A DNA stretch of 64,000 nucleotides from positions 21,011,701 to 21,075,700 of the forward strand of contig NC_068988.1 of the NCBI RefSeq assembly GCF_001194135.2. The letters run 5' to 3'. The notes below the pieces were generated by a model, which worked only from the letters and a program-made list of their open reading frames with translations, made no database searches and was not told the DNA's origin. This document shows, piece after piece, positions 50,228 to 61,894 of the stretch. The DNA is from Octopus bimaculoides. Taxonomy: Eukaryota. Each line of letters opens with the position of its first letter. The stretch's first letter is position 1. The position numbers were made by a program, and so were the translations under genes.

Positions 50228-52399
50228 GAATTGGTAAGATCTAAGAAATAAGACACAGTTGGGGAGAAATAATTCTGAATTTCTGCATAATTAATCTTAC
50301 CTTTTCTGGATTTTTTTCTTCCATTGTAGATTTTGATTGATTCATTCTGTAAACATCTCCAGATGTCCTAGCCAACATCTAATCATATATTTAGGATTGT
50401 TTCAAGCTTGGAATTTTTATTTCTTTTGTCAGGTAGCATTGTAGTTAAGACTTTGTTGTAGTTAAGACTTTGTTGTAGTTTAGCCCCAGATCAACCCCGA
50501 TTGAGACCTGTAATCAAGGGAATTCCAAACTTAACCACCAACCCATCTTTTTAAGAGTATCTGTTATGTGGGGGAAAGAAAGCACAATTCACCTACCCCA
50601 TAGCTTCTCTCATAGCATTGATCCCTTCCAGCTAGGTTATATCTGTAGGTGGCCTACTTGCCTAACCTTTGGTCAGAACTTAACAGCAAATTCCCTTTAC
50701 TCATGCAGCTACACACATCCATCTTGTCTGGCAGCCCCTTGGTGAAAGAGGCCCATTCTGGTCCTGCTTCTACTCATGTGACCTCCCTTGCTCCTCTGCT
50801 TCCAACAAGGCCCCTCAACTATTTGTGTGGCGCCACTAACCCTATGCTTCTGGTTCACCTCAGCTCCACAATATCTTGGGCCTGTCATGAAATCTAGGAC
50901 TCATAAAACCAGAGCTTAATCTGGTTTCCACAGCATATAAATGACTGAGATTATGGCACCTCTTTCCCTTACTGGGATGTCAGTCTGTTGCCACGTTGAC
51001 TTCCCAGTTAATGCTGGGACTCTTATACAGCAGAGTAGACTGTTTAAATAAACTCATTTCAAGAAAGTATCAAGCGGGCCACAAGTTAAAAAGTCTGTTG
51101 GCCACAGGCCTCAGGTTGGCCAACCCTGTCCTAGATGGTTGGGAGACCACTTGTATGATTAATTTTTGGCTTGGTTTCTACTGTTGGATGCCCCTCATAA
51201 CACTGACCATTTTAGAGAGGATATTGAGCACATTATATTGTAACACCAGCTCCAGAGAGATTGTCTCTTTATTTCCTCTCTCTGAAGTTGCCTGAAGATC
51301 CCTAGAAATGAACAGATTGAAACATTGTATAGAATACCAATAAATTAAATAAGAGATAAATAGTCTAGAGATTTTCAAATTAAAATAATTTTTTTTTCAT
51401 GGCTTATTCAAGGAGGAACTGCAAATTGCGTCCATTTGAAGGATCTCTGAGACTGAGACTGATATGGAAAGAGAAGTTATCTTCAGATTATAGCCTTAGG
51501 CTTTGTTGAACTTGGCTATACTGTACTGTGTTAAGCTATACTGAACTTAACTAGGTTGTCTTGAGCTGTTCTTGGTTGAGTTGAGCTGGGCTGTATTGTG
51601 ATGTGGCAAATCAGGCTGACCTGAGCTGTACTGTCCTGTATTGACTTATACTGAAGTAGACTGGGTTGACTTGTGCTGTGTTCATCTGGACTTGCTTCTG
51701 TCACGCTGTGTGCTTGGTTAAGTTGGTGGCTTGTTTATCTTCCGACAGCTTACTGATGTTTACTATTTTGCCTGGTAATTTAATCTTAATGACTTTGCTA
51801 CCATCTCAGTTGCATGTTGTGGTACCCGTTTCACCTCCTCTTATCACTATTATCATCATCTGTGGATATTTATGTATGAGAGAGAGTGGGGGGGGGACTG
51901 GGAGACCATCTTTTAATATCTTCTGGATCACATTTGTAATATATCTCTCTCACTCTCTCTCTCTTTTGCCCTCCCCTTCTCTATCTTTCTTTCCCCCCTC
52001 TCTCTCTCTCCCTCTCTCCCTCTCTCTCTCTCCCTCTCTCTCATTCTTTCACTGTCTTTCTCTTTGGTTTTCTCTCTCTTTCACACTACATATCTCCTCC
52101 ACCTCGCTTTGTTTTTATGCCTCTTCCTACCCAGCTTTTTCCTCCACACCAAACTATTATTGTAATGGATAAAATATGTCCACATCAACTAACTCAGAAA
52201 ATGTAAAACATTTGTTCTATTCTAAAAGTCCATTAAGGTATCGATTTGTTGTGATGAAAGGGATGGTTGTGGCAATAGCGGTTGTTTTTTTTTGTTGTGG
52301 AGGTTGTGATGACAGCAACAGTGTTGGTGGGAGCGGTGACAGTTGCAGCTATAGTGGTAGTGATGACAACTGCAGTGTGGCAGCAGTGGTAGCGATGAC

Positions 52400-53292
52400 A
52401 GATACAGTGATGGTGGTGGTTGTGGTGGTGATGGTGGTGATGGTGGTGGTGGTGGTGGTGGTGGTGGTGGTGNNNNNNNNNNNNNNNNNNNNNNNNNNNN
52501 NNNNNNNNNNNNNNNNNNNNNNNNNNNNNNNNNNNNNNNNNNNNNNNNNNNNNNNNNNNNNNNNNNNNNNNNNNNNNNNNNNNNNNNNNNNNNNNNNNNN
52601 NNNNNNNNNNNNNNNNNNNNNNNNNNNNNNNNNNNNNNNNNNNNNNNNNNNNNNNNNNNNNNNNNNNNNNNNNNNNNNNNNNNNNNNNNNNNNNNNNNNN
52701 NNNNNNNNNNNNNNNNNNNNNNNNNNNNNNNNNNNNNNNNNNNNNNNNNNNNNNNNNNNNNNNNGTTGTGGTGGTGGTGATTGTGGTGATGGTGGTGCTG
52801 GTGATGGTGGTGGTGGTGGTTGCGGTGGTTGTGGTGGTGGTGGTGGTGATGGTGGTGGTGGTTGTGATGGTGGTGGTGATGGTGGTGGTGGTGGTTGTGG
52901 TGGTGGTGGTAGTGGTGGTAATGATTGCATTGGAGATGATAGTGATGAGAGCAACAGTGGGAGAGGCGAGGTAGTTGTTAGATCTATTTTTCTGACTTCC
53001 TTCTACCCCTACCCACACTTCATTAGTGTGGTCTCCTGATAGAGGCCGATGTGGTGGTGTTCAGCAGTATTTTGATGACTGTCTTCTCTGTACCGGAAGT
53101 CGTCTGAGCTGATGTTGCTGATTGATGTAACAAGGAGGGGGGGGGGGTTAAAAACCCCCAGTTAACATCATCATTCTGTTACAAATGCTATCATCATCAC
53201 CATCTTTCCATCACCATAGGAACCACCACGTCATCATCATCATCACACCATCACCACTGCGATTGTCATCATCATCACCTTCACCACTGCTG

Positions 53293-53326
<34 letters not shown>

Positions 53327-53374
53327 AATCATCCCACCACTACTGCGGTCATCCCATCATCATCATTATCATTG

Positions 53375-53409
<35 letters not shown>

Positions 53410-53644
53410 GTTTAACGTCTGCTTTCCATGCTAGCATGGGTTGGACGAGCATGGGCCATCATCATCATCCCATCATCATCATCATCATCATAATCATCCC
53501 ACCACTACTGCGGTCATCCCATCATCATCATTATCATTGTCATCATCACCATCATCATCATCGTTTAACGTCTGCTTTCCATGCTAGCATGGGTTGGACG
53601 AGCATGAGCCATCATCATCATCCCATTCACCACTATGGTCATCC

Positions 53645-53685
<41 letters not shown>

Positions 53686-53770
53686 CACCACTACTGCGGT
53701 CATCCCATCATCATCATTATCATTGTCATCATCATCATCATCATCATCACTGCTATCATCCATCATCGTT
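52400..53770. repeat. (GGT/GAT)n and (ATC)n microsatellite fields with a tandem duplication of about 150 bp including a family B tail stub
   Basis: cgtttaacgtctgctttccatgctagcatgggttggacgagcatg occurs at about 53409 and 53561; cccaccactactgcggtcatccc occurs three times. Confidence 0.9.
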
Positions 53771-53912
53771 CATATCATTATCAACTCTGCTATTTTCATG
53801 ATCATCTTCACATTATTGTCAACATCTCCTTATCACCATCATCATCTCATCACCAGTGGTGCTTTCATCAGGATAATTATTGTCTCATCACCACTGACAT
53901 TGCCATACTTAA

Positions 53913-53948
<36 letters not shown>

Positions 53949-54542
53949 AAGAGATTGGTGATTCATATCCTGTTCCCCCACTACCTCATTACATCCGTGC
54001 CAAAGACACCAAACTCTCAACAGCTAAGTCCACATAGTTGCAACCAGGCACCATGCTGTAAGTATTCAGTTACAGTAGCATCGCAGTAGATGTGATGCTG
54101 AGTGTAATTAATCCTACAGGGAAAGATTTATCAATGATAGTTTTAGTTGTTATTGTTGTTTGTTATTTAGCCTCAGATCAACCTTGTTTCTGCAGACCTA
54201 CTGACTGTCATTCCTGTTGTAATTATCCTGTCTTTTTTGTCTATATATAGAAGACCTGTTGAGGCAAGTGAAATTGGAATCGAATTCGATGACAGCACTG
54301 CATGACTGGCATCTGTGCTAGTGGAGCGCTAAGAGCACCATCCGAGCGTGATCGTGGCCAGGGCCGCTGCGTGGCCCCCATGCCGGTGGCACGTAAAATG
54401 TACTATTCGAGTGTGATCATTACCAGCGTCGCCTTACTGGCACTTGTGCCGGTGGTACGTGGAAAACACCATTTGAGCGTGGCTGTTGCTAGTACTGCCT
54501 GACTGGCCCTCGTGCTGGTGGCACATAAAAGCACCCACTACA

Positions 54543-54807
54543 GGTAGACGGACAATTTGTTGACAGATAGTTGGCCGACAGACGACTTACAAACCGGACA
54601 ATTGTGTGGTATGGTGCAGAGTCCTGTTACCAGACACAGGGTGTTCCAGCAGCCACCTTCTTGACCCAGGGCAGCACTACCTCCTCCAGGCACTTGATGT
54701 AAGCCTCCGTGTTGAGTCTGAGGCTGTGTGGGAATTGTCTGTTGGTAGAATGTTTGTCAGCAAATTGTCTGTCAGCAAATTGCCTGTCAACGAATTCTCT
54801 GCTCACG
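54543..54807. mobile_element. Modular inverted-repeat element enclosing a 130-bp maT-like transposase fragment
   Basis: Arms with gacaatttg.(c/t)gaca modules at 54543-54604 and 54733-54807; the interior on minus reads FPHSLRLNTEAYIKCLEEVVLPWVKKVAAGTPCVW. Confidence 0.55.
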
Positions 54808-55147
54808 TGCATACATACATACATACATCCTTCTGTCCTTCTTGGTCTAAGGTTGTAAGGTATGATACACGGGAGATTTGGTTATTGTTTTTACTAGGTA
54901 GACTAACCATATAGAGGTTACCTTGTTTGCCTTGCTTTTTAGCATCTTTGATAGTGTGTCTGTCTGTAAAACAGACATTTCCTTCAATATTGATGGCATA
55001 CTTTTTCAGACTATAAACTTAGTCTTTCTTTCATAATTTATCTGTAAAATGATGGCATTTCCTGAATATTTTTGAACATTATAACTCCAGGTGTTCAGAT
55101 ATATTCCACCCATAACAACCCCACTTTTTATCAGACATAGTGTATCT

Positions 55148-55620
55148 AGAAGGCACGTGGCTCAGTGATTAAGGTATTTGGCTTATGATCATAAGGTTGT
55201 GAGTTCAATATTTGAGCAAGACACTTTATTTCTCGTTGCTCCATTCGACTCAGTGGTGAAAATGGGTAGCACCTGTAATTCAAAGAGCGAGCCTTGTCAC
55301 ATTCCGTGTAATGCTGAATCTCCCTAAGAACTCTGTTAAGGGTATGTATGTCTGTGGAGTGCTCAGCCACTTGCACGTTAATCTCAGAAGTAGGTTGTTC
55401 CATTAATTGAATCAACTGGAACCACTAGTGTAGCTAGGGGGTAGTGGTAGGGGCGGTCCATACCGGGTGGCACTTTTAAAGTGGCAGTAATTTTGGGTCT
55501 GCTGTAGGCAATATGTGCTTTTTTGTGGGGTCCGGGGGTGGCAAATGGAAAGACCACCCTGGGTAGAACACACTCTACGCTAGTGGCTGGTACACTCGGC
55601 ATCATAACTGATGGAGTGCT
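55148..55620 (+). mobile_element. SINE family D interrupted by a hAT-like MITE at 55423-55585
   Basis: SINE D consensus resumes after the insert; insert ends cactag/ctagtg; degenerate 8-bp TSD actggaac/gctggtac. Confidence 0.75.
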
Positions 55621-57059
55621 AGTAGTATCTAGGACTACATTATATCTTAGTGCGATTGTTAGTCCTATTTTTCTAGCTATCCTCATATCAGATAAGCTGT
55701 TGAGCTGTCTCTTAAAAATAACCACTCTTAGATTCATTTGAGTTTCCAAATATTTTATTAGCCAGTTACACTATTATAGGGTTAGTCAATGAATTATAGG
55801 ATTAGTCAATAAATTAATATTGCGTAAGTAATACAAGACATATGAATCCGTGCATATAATGAATGTTTGTTAATTGATACTATTAATTAAGGCTTGTGAA
55901 TAGGAGAGAAAGATAAGCGAGATAGATTACCAAGCAGGAAAAACAACTGACTCATGCAAATCCAAACTAGCTCTCCCTTTAGGCTGAGAGTAAGTAAGAG
56001 AGATGAGAGACTTATTACATGGGAAGGGGGACAACACGAGCTGGAATATAAACCTGGGATAACTCTATCTTAAATTGAATTAGCTCACCCTTAAATAACT
56101 GACAGCTAAGAAGGTTGTAGAATCCATTTGGCAGGAAAACTTGTACACTTCCTATGAAGTTGTTGCCTTAACATAAATAAGTCAGCCAGTGCCAATTAGC
56201 CAAGCCATATTTGAGTAGGCATTCATGCCTTTTATTGTGACTTTTCCTGTTATGGGAATATTTTAAGCTGTGATTTCAGCTGGGTTCTCACTGCAATATA
56301 ACGTGACTTCCTTTATTATGTGAAATTTTTCTTCTATTTCTAGCAGTTCTAATACTTCCACAGAGGCTTCCTCTATTTGGAATATTGTATTCGAGAAAAG
56401 GTTAAATAGATTAAGGAGCCTTCAGTCAGTGATTCAGAAGTTGGCCTTTATAACATTATTATAATAATGTCCTATGAAATGTCAAATTACTTGGTTACAG
56501 CATGTTTAAGTTAATTATATGAAGTTTTGCTTTCAGAATTCTAAGAGGGCATACATCAGTCTGCAGTGGTAGTATGGTAACTTGTATTCCATAGGAATAA
56601 TATATGTTGGGATTTTACTTCCTCTGGCTTAGTCAGGAGACGAAGATCAGTACCCTTGACCTTTTACAGAGTGTCTAAGGATTGGTGGAAAAAAAGGAGG
56701 AAATAATTACTGGTGCATTCCAGTAATAGGAAGCAGCACATCAGCTCAAACTGGAAACCTCTCTGAATACTTCCAAGAGAGTGGATTATACCAAAAGAAG
56801 CCAGTGACTAGGTGATGGGGTTAAACTGAGTAACGGATTAAACCTGTTCCCCAAGAATAAATACAGCCCCATCTAATGAGCTTCTACCCATCAGCTTGTT
56901 TTTTCATAGTCATTCACAAGGGTTGGGTCAACCCATAATTATGTTGAGATGATCTAATTTCTGAACTCTGTGATTGCAAAGTTAAGTTCATGGAAATATG
57001 CTGCTGTGGTTGTTTGTGTGTGAGTGCGGTGGAGGGTACGTGGCAGAGTGGATATTTCT

Positions 57060-58199
57060 TTTTATCTTTTACTTGTTTTAGTTGGATTGTGGCCATGCTG
57101 GGGCACCGCCTTGGAGGGTGTAGTCAAAACGAATTGACCTCAGTACTGTTTTTTAAAGCCTAGTACTTCTATCATTCTCTTTTACTAAACTGAAAAGTTA
57201 CAGGGATGTAAACAAACCAACACCGGATCTTTTTGGTTTGACGGGCAACACTTGTTTTCTTAACGAAATACTTTCAAACTTGGGATACTGGTAGAATGTG
57301 TCATATAAAACATCTTTTTCTCTTAGCCTTATTAACAAAAATTAGTTCTTAATAAGTTATTTCATGTTAAAGTTGTCGTAGTTCTGTAATTTCAACCAAT
57401 CACTGACGTCTATTCAGCTGAATACAGTTACTGCTCTTTTTATAAACAATAATTTTTACCGGTGTTAAGAGTGTTATTCCCTGTTTAATTATATCATTAT
57501 TCCCTAGTAAGGGTTTAGGGTTCAGGTTTTAGGGTTAGGGTTTTAGGGTTAGGATTGGGGTTAGGGTTAGGGTTATGAGTGAGGTTATGGCAAAAATAAT
57601 CATAGCCCTAACCATAATCCTAACCCTAACCCTAACTCTAAAACCTGAACCCTAACACCCTAAAGCTAAAACCAGTACAAATGCACGAACGATGTCATAA
57701 ATAAGAGTAACACGGGTCGTTGTTGACAAACAACGGCACTAATTTTATTCAAGGGAAAAGACCCTATGACACCGTTGTTTACATTCCACGGCAGTAATTG
57801 TTTTCACCTCAATAGACGTCAGTGATTGGTTGAAATTACCGAAATACGACAACTTTTTACATGAAATAACTTCGAATACAAAAATTTTTATCTTCCTGAT
57901 GATGTCTTGAGCTAACTGGATCCTATAAAGGAACTGTTGTGGTAGCAGACCACGAAACATGGTTGAAATTCCGAAGTTTGAAAGTGTTTCGGTACCAAAA
58001 ACACTACATAAAACATTAATGAAAAATGTTGCCCGTCAAACCAAAAAGATCCCCAACACCAGTTGTCAAACGATAGCTGTGGGAACAGTTACAAACACAA
58101 AGACACGCACACACATATATATATATATTGTTGTATTTGGGGACGGTCATGTTGCCAGTTTAGCCAATAAAAACACAGGTGTGTGTGTTTTATTGGCTA

Positions 58200-58238
<39 letters not shown>

Positions 58239-58400
58239 AGCTTCCGCACGGTTTTCATCTACCAAATTCACTCTCAAGGCATTGGTTGGCCCAGGGTTAT
58301 AGTAAAAGGCATTTGTTCAAGGTGCGTGCTGCGTAGTAGGACTGAACTCGAAACTACATATTTGCAAAGTCAGCTTCTTGACCACAACTGCCATGGCTAC
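57060..58400 (-). mobile_element. Diverged SINE family A split by a DNA transposon insertion
   Basis: 3' part at 57060-57224; remainder resumes at 58053 with ccaacaccagttgtcaa and ends at about 58400. Confidence 0.8.
57225..58052. mobile_element. Merlin-like non-autonomous DNA transposon (828 bp) with nested inverted repeats and telomere-like core
   Basis: Perfect 26-bp TIRs ggatctttttggtttgacgggcaaca; 8-bp TSD ccaacacc (57217-57224, 58053-58060). GG termini plus an 8-9-bp TSD fit the Merlin superfamily. Confidence 0.8.
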
Positions 58401-58840
58401 ACGTATTTGTGAATACGTTAAGTTTGATAGTGTAAAAAAAATGAAAGTTTCAGCAGTGTCAATTAATTGTAACAAAAAGAAATTGTGTGTGAACTGGAAC
58501 AACATGTTTTTTAAAAGAATACATTGAAAGAAATTTTATCAGCAGAAATTAAACCGTTGCTATGTTACTAGGATCCTGTTAAATCTTAAGACAATGAGTA
58601 TTGTTCTTTGTTTTTTTTCCCTCATGCATTACACCTAAGACAACATTATCCAATGTATCTATCTGTCCTTATTTAAAATGACAGGGTGAGAGTTGAGGGA
58701 GATTTGGCTGCTATTTCTAGCGGGTTGAGCGACAGCGTAGAGTCTCTTTCGTTAGTTCGTTCTGTGAACAGTTTTGAACTGCTGTGTAGTAGTTTCCAGT
58801 ACATTACGGCATCTATGAAGTCTATAGTAGTGGTAACATG

Positions 58841-58912
58841 ACAATTTTGTTTTCACAGTAACGAATGGCATGTACAAGTACATGCCATTCGTTACTGTGA
58901 AAACAAAATTGT
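58841..58912. other. Perfect palindrome: 35-bp arms, 2-nt spacer
   Basis: acaattttgttttcacagtaacgaatggcatgtac-aa-gtacatgccattcgttactgtgaaaacaaaattgt. Confidence 0.97.
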
Positions 58913-59239
58913 AAAAATAGTAGTTGTATAGGAGTTGTTGTGGGGTAGGTGAGAGGGTGCAGTTGTGTACAGAAATACTTCGTTATGATATCATTTGAGT
59001 GAACGCTTTGTTACACGAGGATATAATTTCAACAGGAAATTGATATTGGAAAAGAAAGCCACAACTTTCGTCTCTGTCCCAGCATAGGTACTGCCAACTA
59101 TCTGGAATAAAAATTTATATTCATCATACACACAGATGTGCGTATGTGTATATATATATGTATGTATGTGTACATGTTTACACACACACACACACACACA
59201 CATGATGAATTCTCGCTTTGTGAACGACAAAAGAAGGTT

Positions 59240-59433
59240 CAGTAAATTAAAGCGGTGATTTGTTCTGTGGACACGAATGTGTCTCTTGGGGCCTGCTGGT
59301 GCTTTGCAAACCTTTCTGCAAAGGGAACAAGTTGAGGATTCAGTTTGCTCGAGTACTTGTAGATCATTTTCCATGTGTTTTCTTGAGTGGACGGCAAAGC
59401 CTGCTTTGCTTCGTGCCACAAAGCCACAACAGC

Positions 59434-59435
<2 letters not shown>
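59240..59435 (-). mobile_element. LINE (RTE-type) C-terminal C2H2 zinc-finger remnant
   Basis: CSLCRKVCKAPAGPKRHIRVH and CGFVARSKAGFAVHSRKH. Confidence 0.6.
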
Positions 59436-59471
<36 letters not shown>

Positions 59472-61866
59472 ATCATCATCGTTTAACTTCCATCTTGATG
59501 ATGAGATATAAGTATATGAATGTGGCTTAGTGGTTATGACGTTGCACTCATGGTCATAAGATTGTGGTTTTATTTCTTGGACTGGGTGATGCATTATGTT
59601 CTTAAGACACTTCCATTTCACATTGCTCCAATCCATACAGCCGGTAAAAATGAGTAATCCCATGATGGATTGGCATCCCATCCAGTGAGGGTAGGACATA
59701 TTTTTCACTGAATCTGGAAAACCAGTCTTATGAACTTATGACTTAAATAAAAATATATAGGGACAGGCATGGCTGTACGGTTAAGAAGCTTGCTTTTCTG
59801 CCACATGGTTTTGGGTTTAATGCCTCTGTGAGTGAATTTGGTAGCTGGGAACTGTGTGACAGCCCTCTGTACCTTTTTTTTTTTTTTTATCTTCTTACTT
59901 GGTACTTGTTACAGTCATTTGACTGCAGCTATGCTGGGGCAGTACCTGGAAGTGTTTGGTCAAACTAATCGAACCTAGTAGTTATTTTCTTTTTAAACCT
60001 GGTACTTACTTTTTTGGGTCTTTTTGTTGTACAAACCAATACTAGTTGTCAAGCAGTGCTGGGAACAAACCCAATCACAAAGAGACACACACACATATGA
60101 AGAACTTTTTTCAGTTTCCATCTAGCAAATTCACTCACATGGTTTTGTTTGTCCCAGGGTTATCATAGAAGTCACTTGCCCAAGGTGCTGCACAGTGACA
60201 GGAAGGGCATCTTGCCATAGAAAATCTGCCTCAGCAAATTCCATCTGACTCATGCTAGCATATGGGCATCATGCTAAATGATAATATTGATGAATACACA
60301 CACACACACACACACACACAATTCATAGATGAGATCCAGATATTCTCCATGTCCTCAGTTGATAAAAACTGACTGCAGTGGTATTTGCTCCCCAAGGCTG
60401 CCCTGTGTTAGCATTGTCCATAGACAAAGACATGAAACTCTGAATAATGGAATGCTGCAAAGCAGATTTAACTGGTTAGCTGTTGAACCAATGCATGGTG
60501 AAACTGACGGTTGCAGTGTGATTGATGGTTGACCTAGCTTATGAATAAGATTATTTAACTCTACACCTTTTGCTTAAAATTGCTTTACACCATGTATGTA
60601 TGTATATATACATATATATGCACATGTGTGGTTCAGAAGCTTGCTTCCCAACTATTTGGTCTTGTGGGGGTTCAGTCGTACAGTGCAGCACCTTGTCTTC
60701 TACAATAGCCTCAAGCCAACCAAAGTCTTGTGAATGGATTTGATTGACTGAAACTGAAAGGTGCCTGTCATGTGTGTGTGTGTGTGTGTGTGTACGAGTC
60801 CTTGCGTTGTCACCATGTGATGACTAGACGAGCATCACCGTCTTACAAGCAATATTGTTCATTTCCATTCTTCCATAAAAAAAAAAGAAAAAAACATGTC
60901 TGGCAATGGAGAAATATTACATGGTTTGGAAAGAAGTGAGGGTTAGTAAGAAGAAGGGCACCCAGCCATAGAATATATGTCTCAACAAGTTCCTTCTGAC
61001 CCATGCATGCATGGAAAAGTAAATGTTAAACTATGATTATTGTATGTGAGTTTTAGAGAGAGAAAGAGAGAACTGAGATATTCAGTGTAATTTACTGTTA
61101 TGAGTTTCTTGTCTGCTGCAGTCTTGAAGTAAGATTGCTTGATGACTACTTTCAATAAGGAACTTGGAGTGGTAGGTTTCATTGAATTTTTATTCTTGAA
61201 GTGTACTTAACAATTCCATTTTAATTCCTGCATTTATTGTTTCTATTTCATGTACAGAAATCAATGTTCCCCAAGATGTGTATTTGTTTTTGTTGATGTT
61301 GCTTTGGGTTATCATTGTTTAATGTTTTCATATTTGGTCTGTTTGTTTCTGTGTTGTTGTTGCTTTTTTTATGCTAGCGTGGGTTGGATAGCGTTTGCAA
61401 TTTTGGATATTTTCACGATTTGTTACCAGAAGCAATGTCATCATTTTAACAGTGAGATATTCCTTTCCGATATTGATCAGTCAACCATGTTGCACAAGCT
61501 CAGTCTAACCTGGGCCCAGGTTATTTTTTTTTATTTTCCTTAATTATTATTATTATTATTATTTTTTTCCTTAATCCTGGGCGTCAACAAAACACACACA
61601 TGTTCATATGCACACACAACTCTGCTACACCAATCTTGGTATGTTTGTATTTGGAACAAACCAAGATTGGTATGTTCATTTGGTATTTAACTGTTAAAAT
61701 GGTAATTTTCTTCTGTTCTTGATTGAATTCCACTGAAATGATTTCTGCTATTAGTCATTCTATATGGATTGGGTGTTTCTTGTATTGAAATTGCTCTCGT
61801 CTCTTACTCTGCCCTGTTTAACAAGAGAGTTGCTAAAACCTTGTTGGACATTTTTCAGCAGACAAC

Positions 61867-61894
61867 ATGCTGGGGAAGACTAAAAGAACCATTG
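61867..61894 (+). CDS. Candidate initial coding exon MLGKTKRTI (phase-1 donor), product unknown
   Basis: Acceptor ttttcag|cag| at 61858/61861, aacATG context, strong donor TTG|gtgagt at 61895. An alternative frame (RVAKTLLDIFQQTTCWGRLKEPL) is also open. Confidence 0.35.

Noticed and set aside
5536-52974. Long ORFs in the track full of X or poly-Y/I, V, H, T
   Set aside because: They are produced by N gaps and by di-, tri- and tetranucleotide microsatellites; no coding signal.
57510-57665. Ancestral telomere-telomere chromosome fusion site
   Set aside because: The array is short, degenerate and enclosed by transposon TIRs and a TSD.
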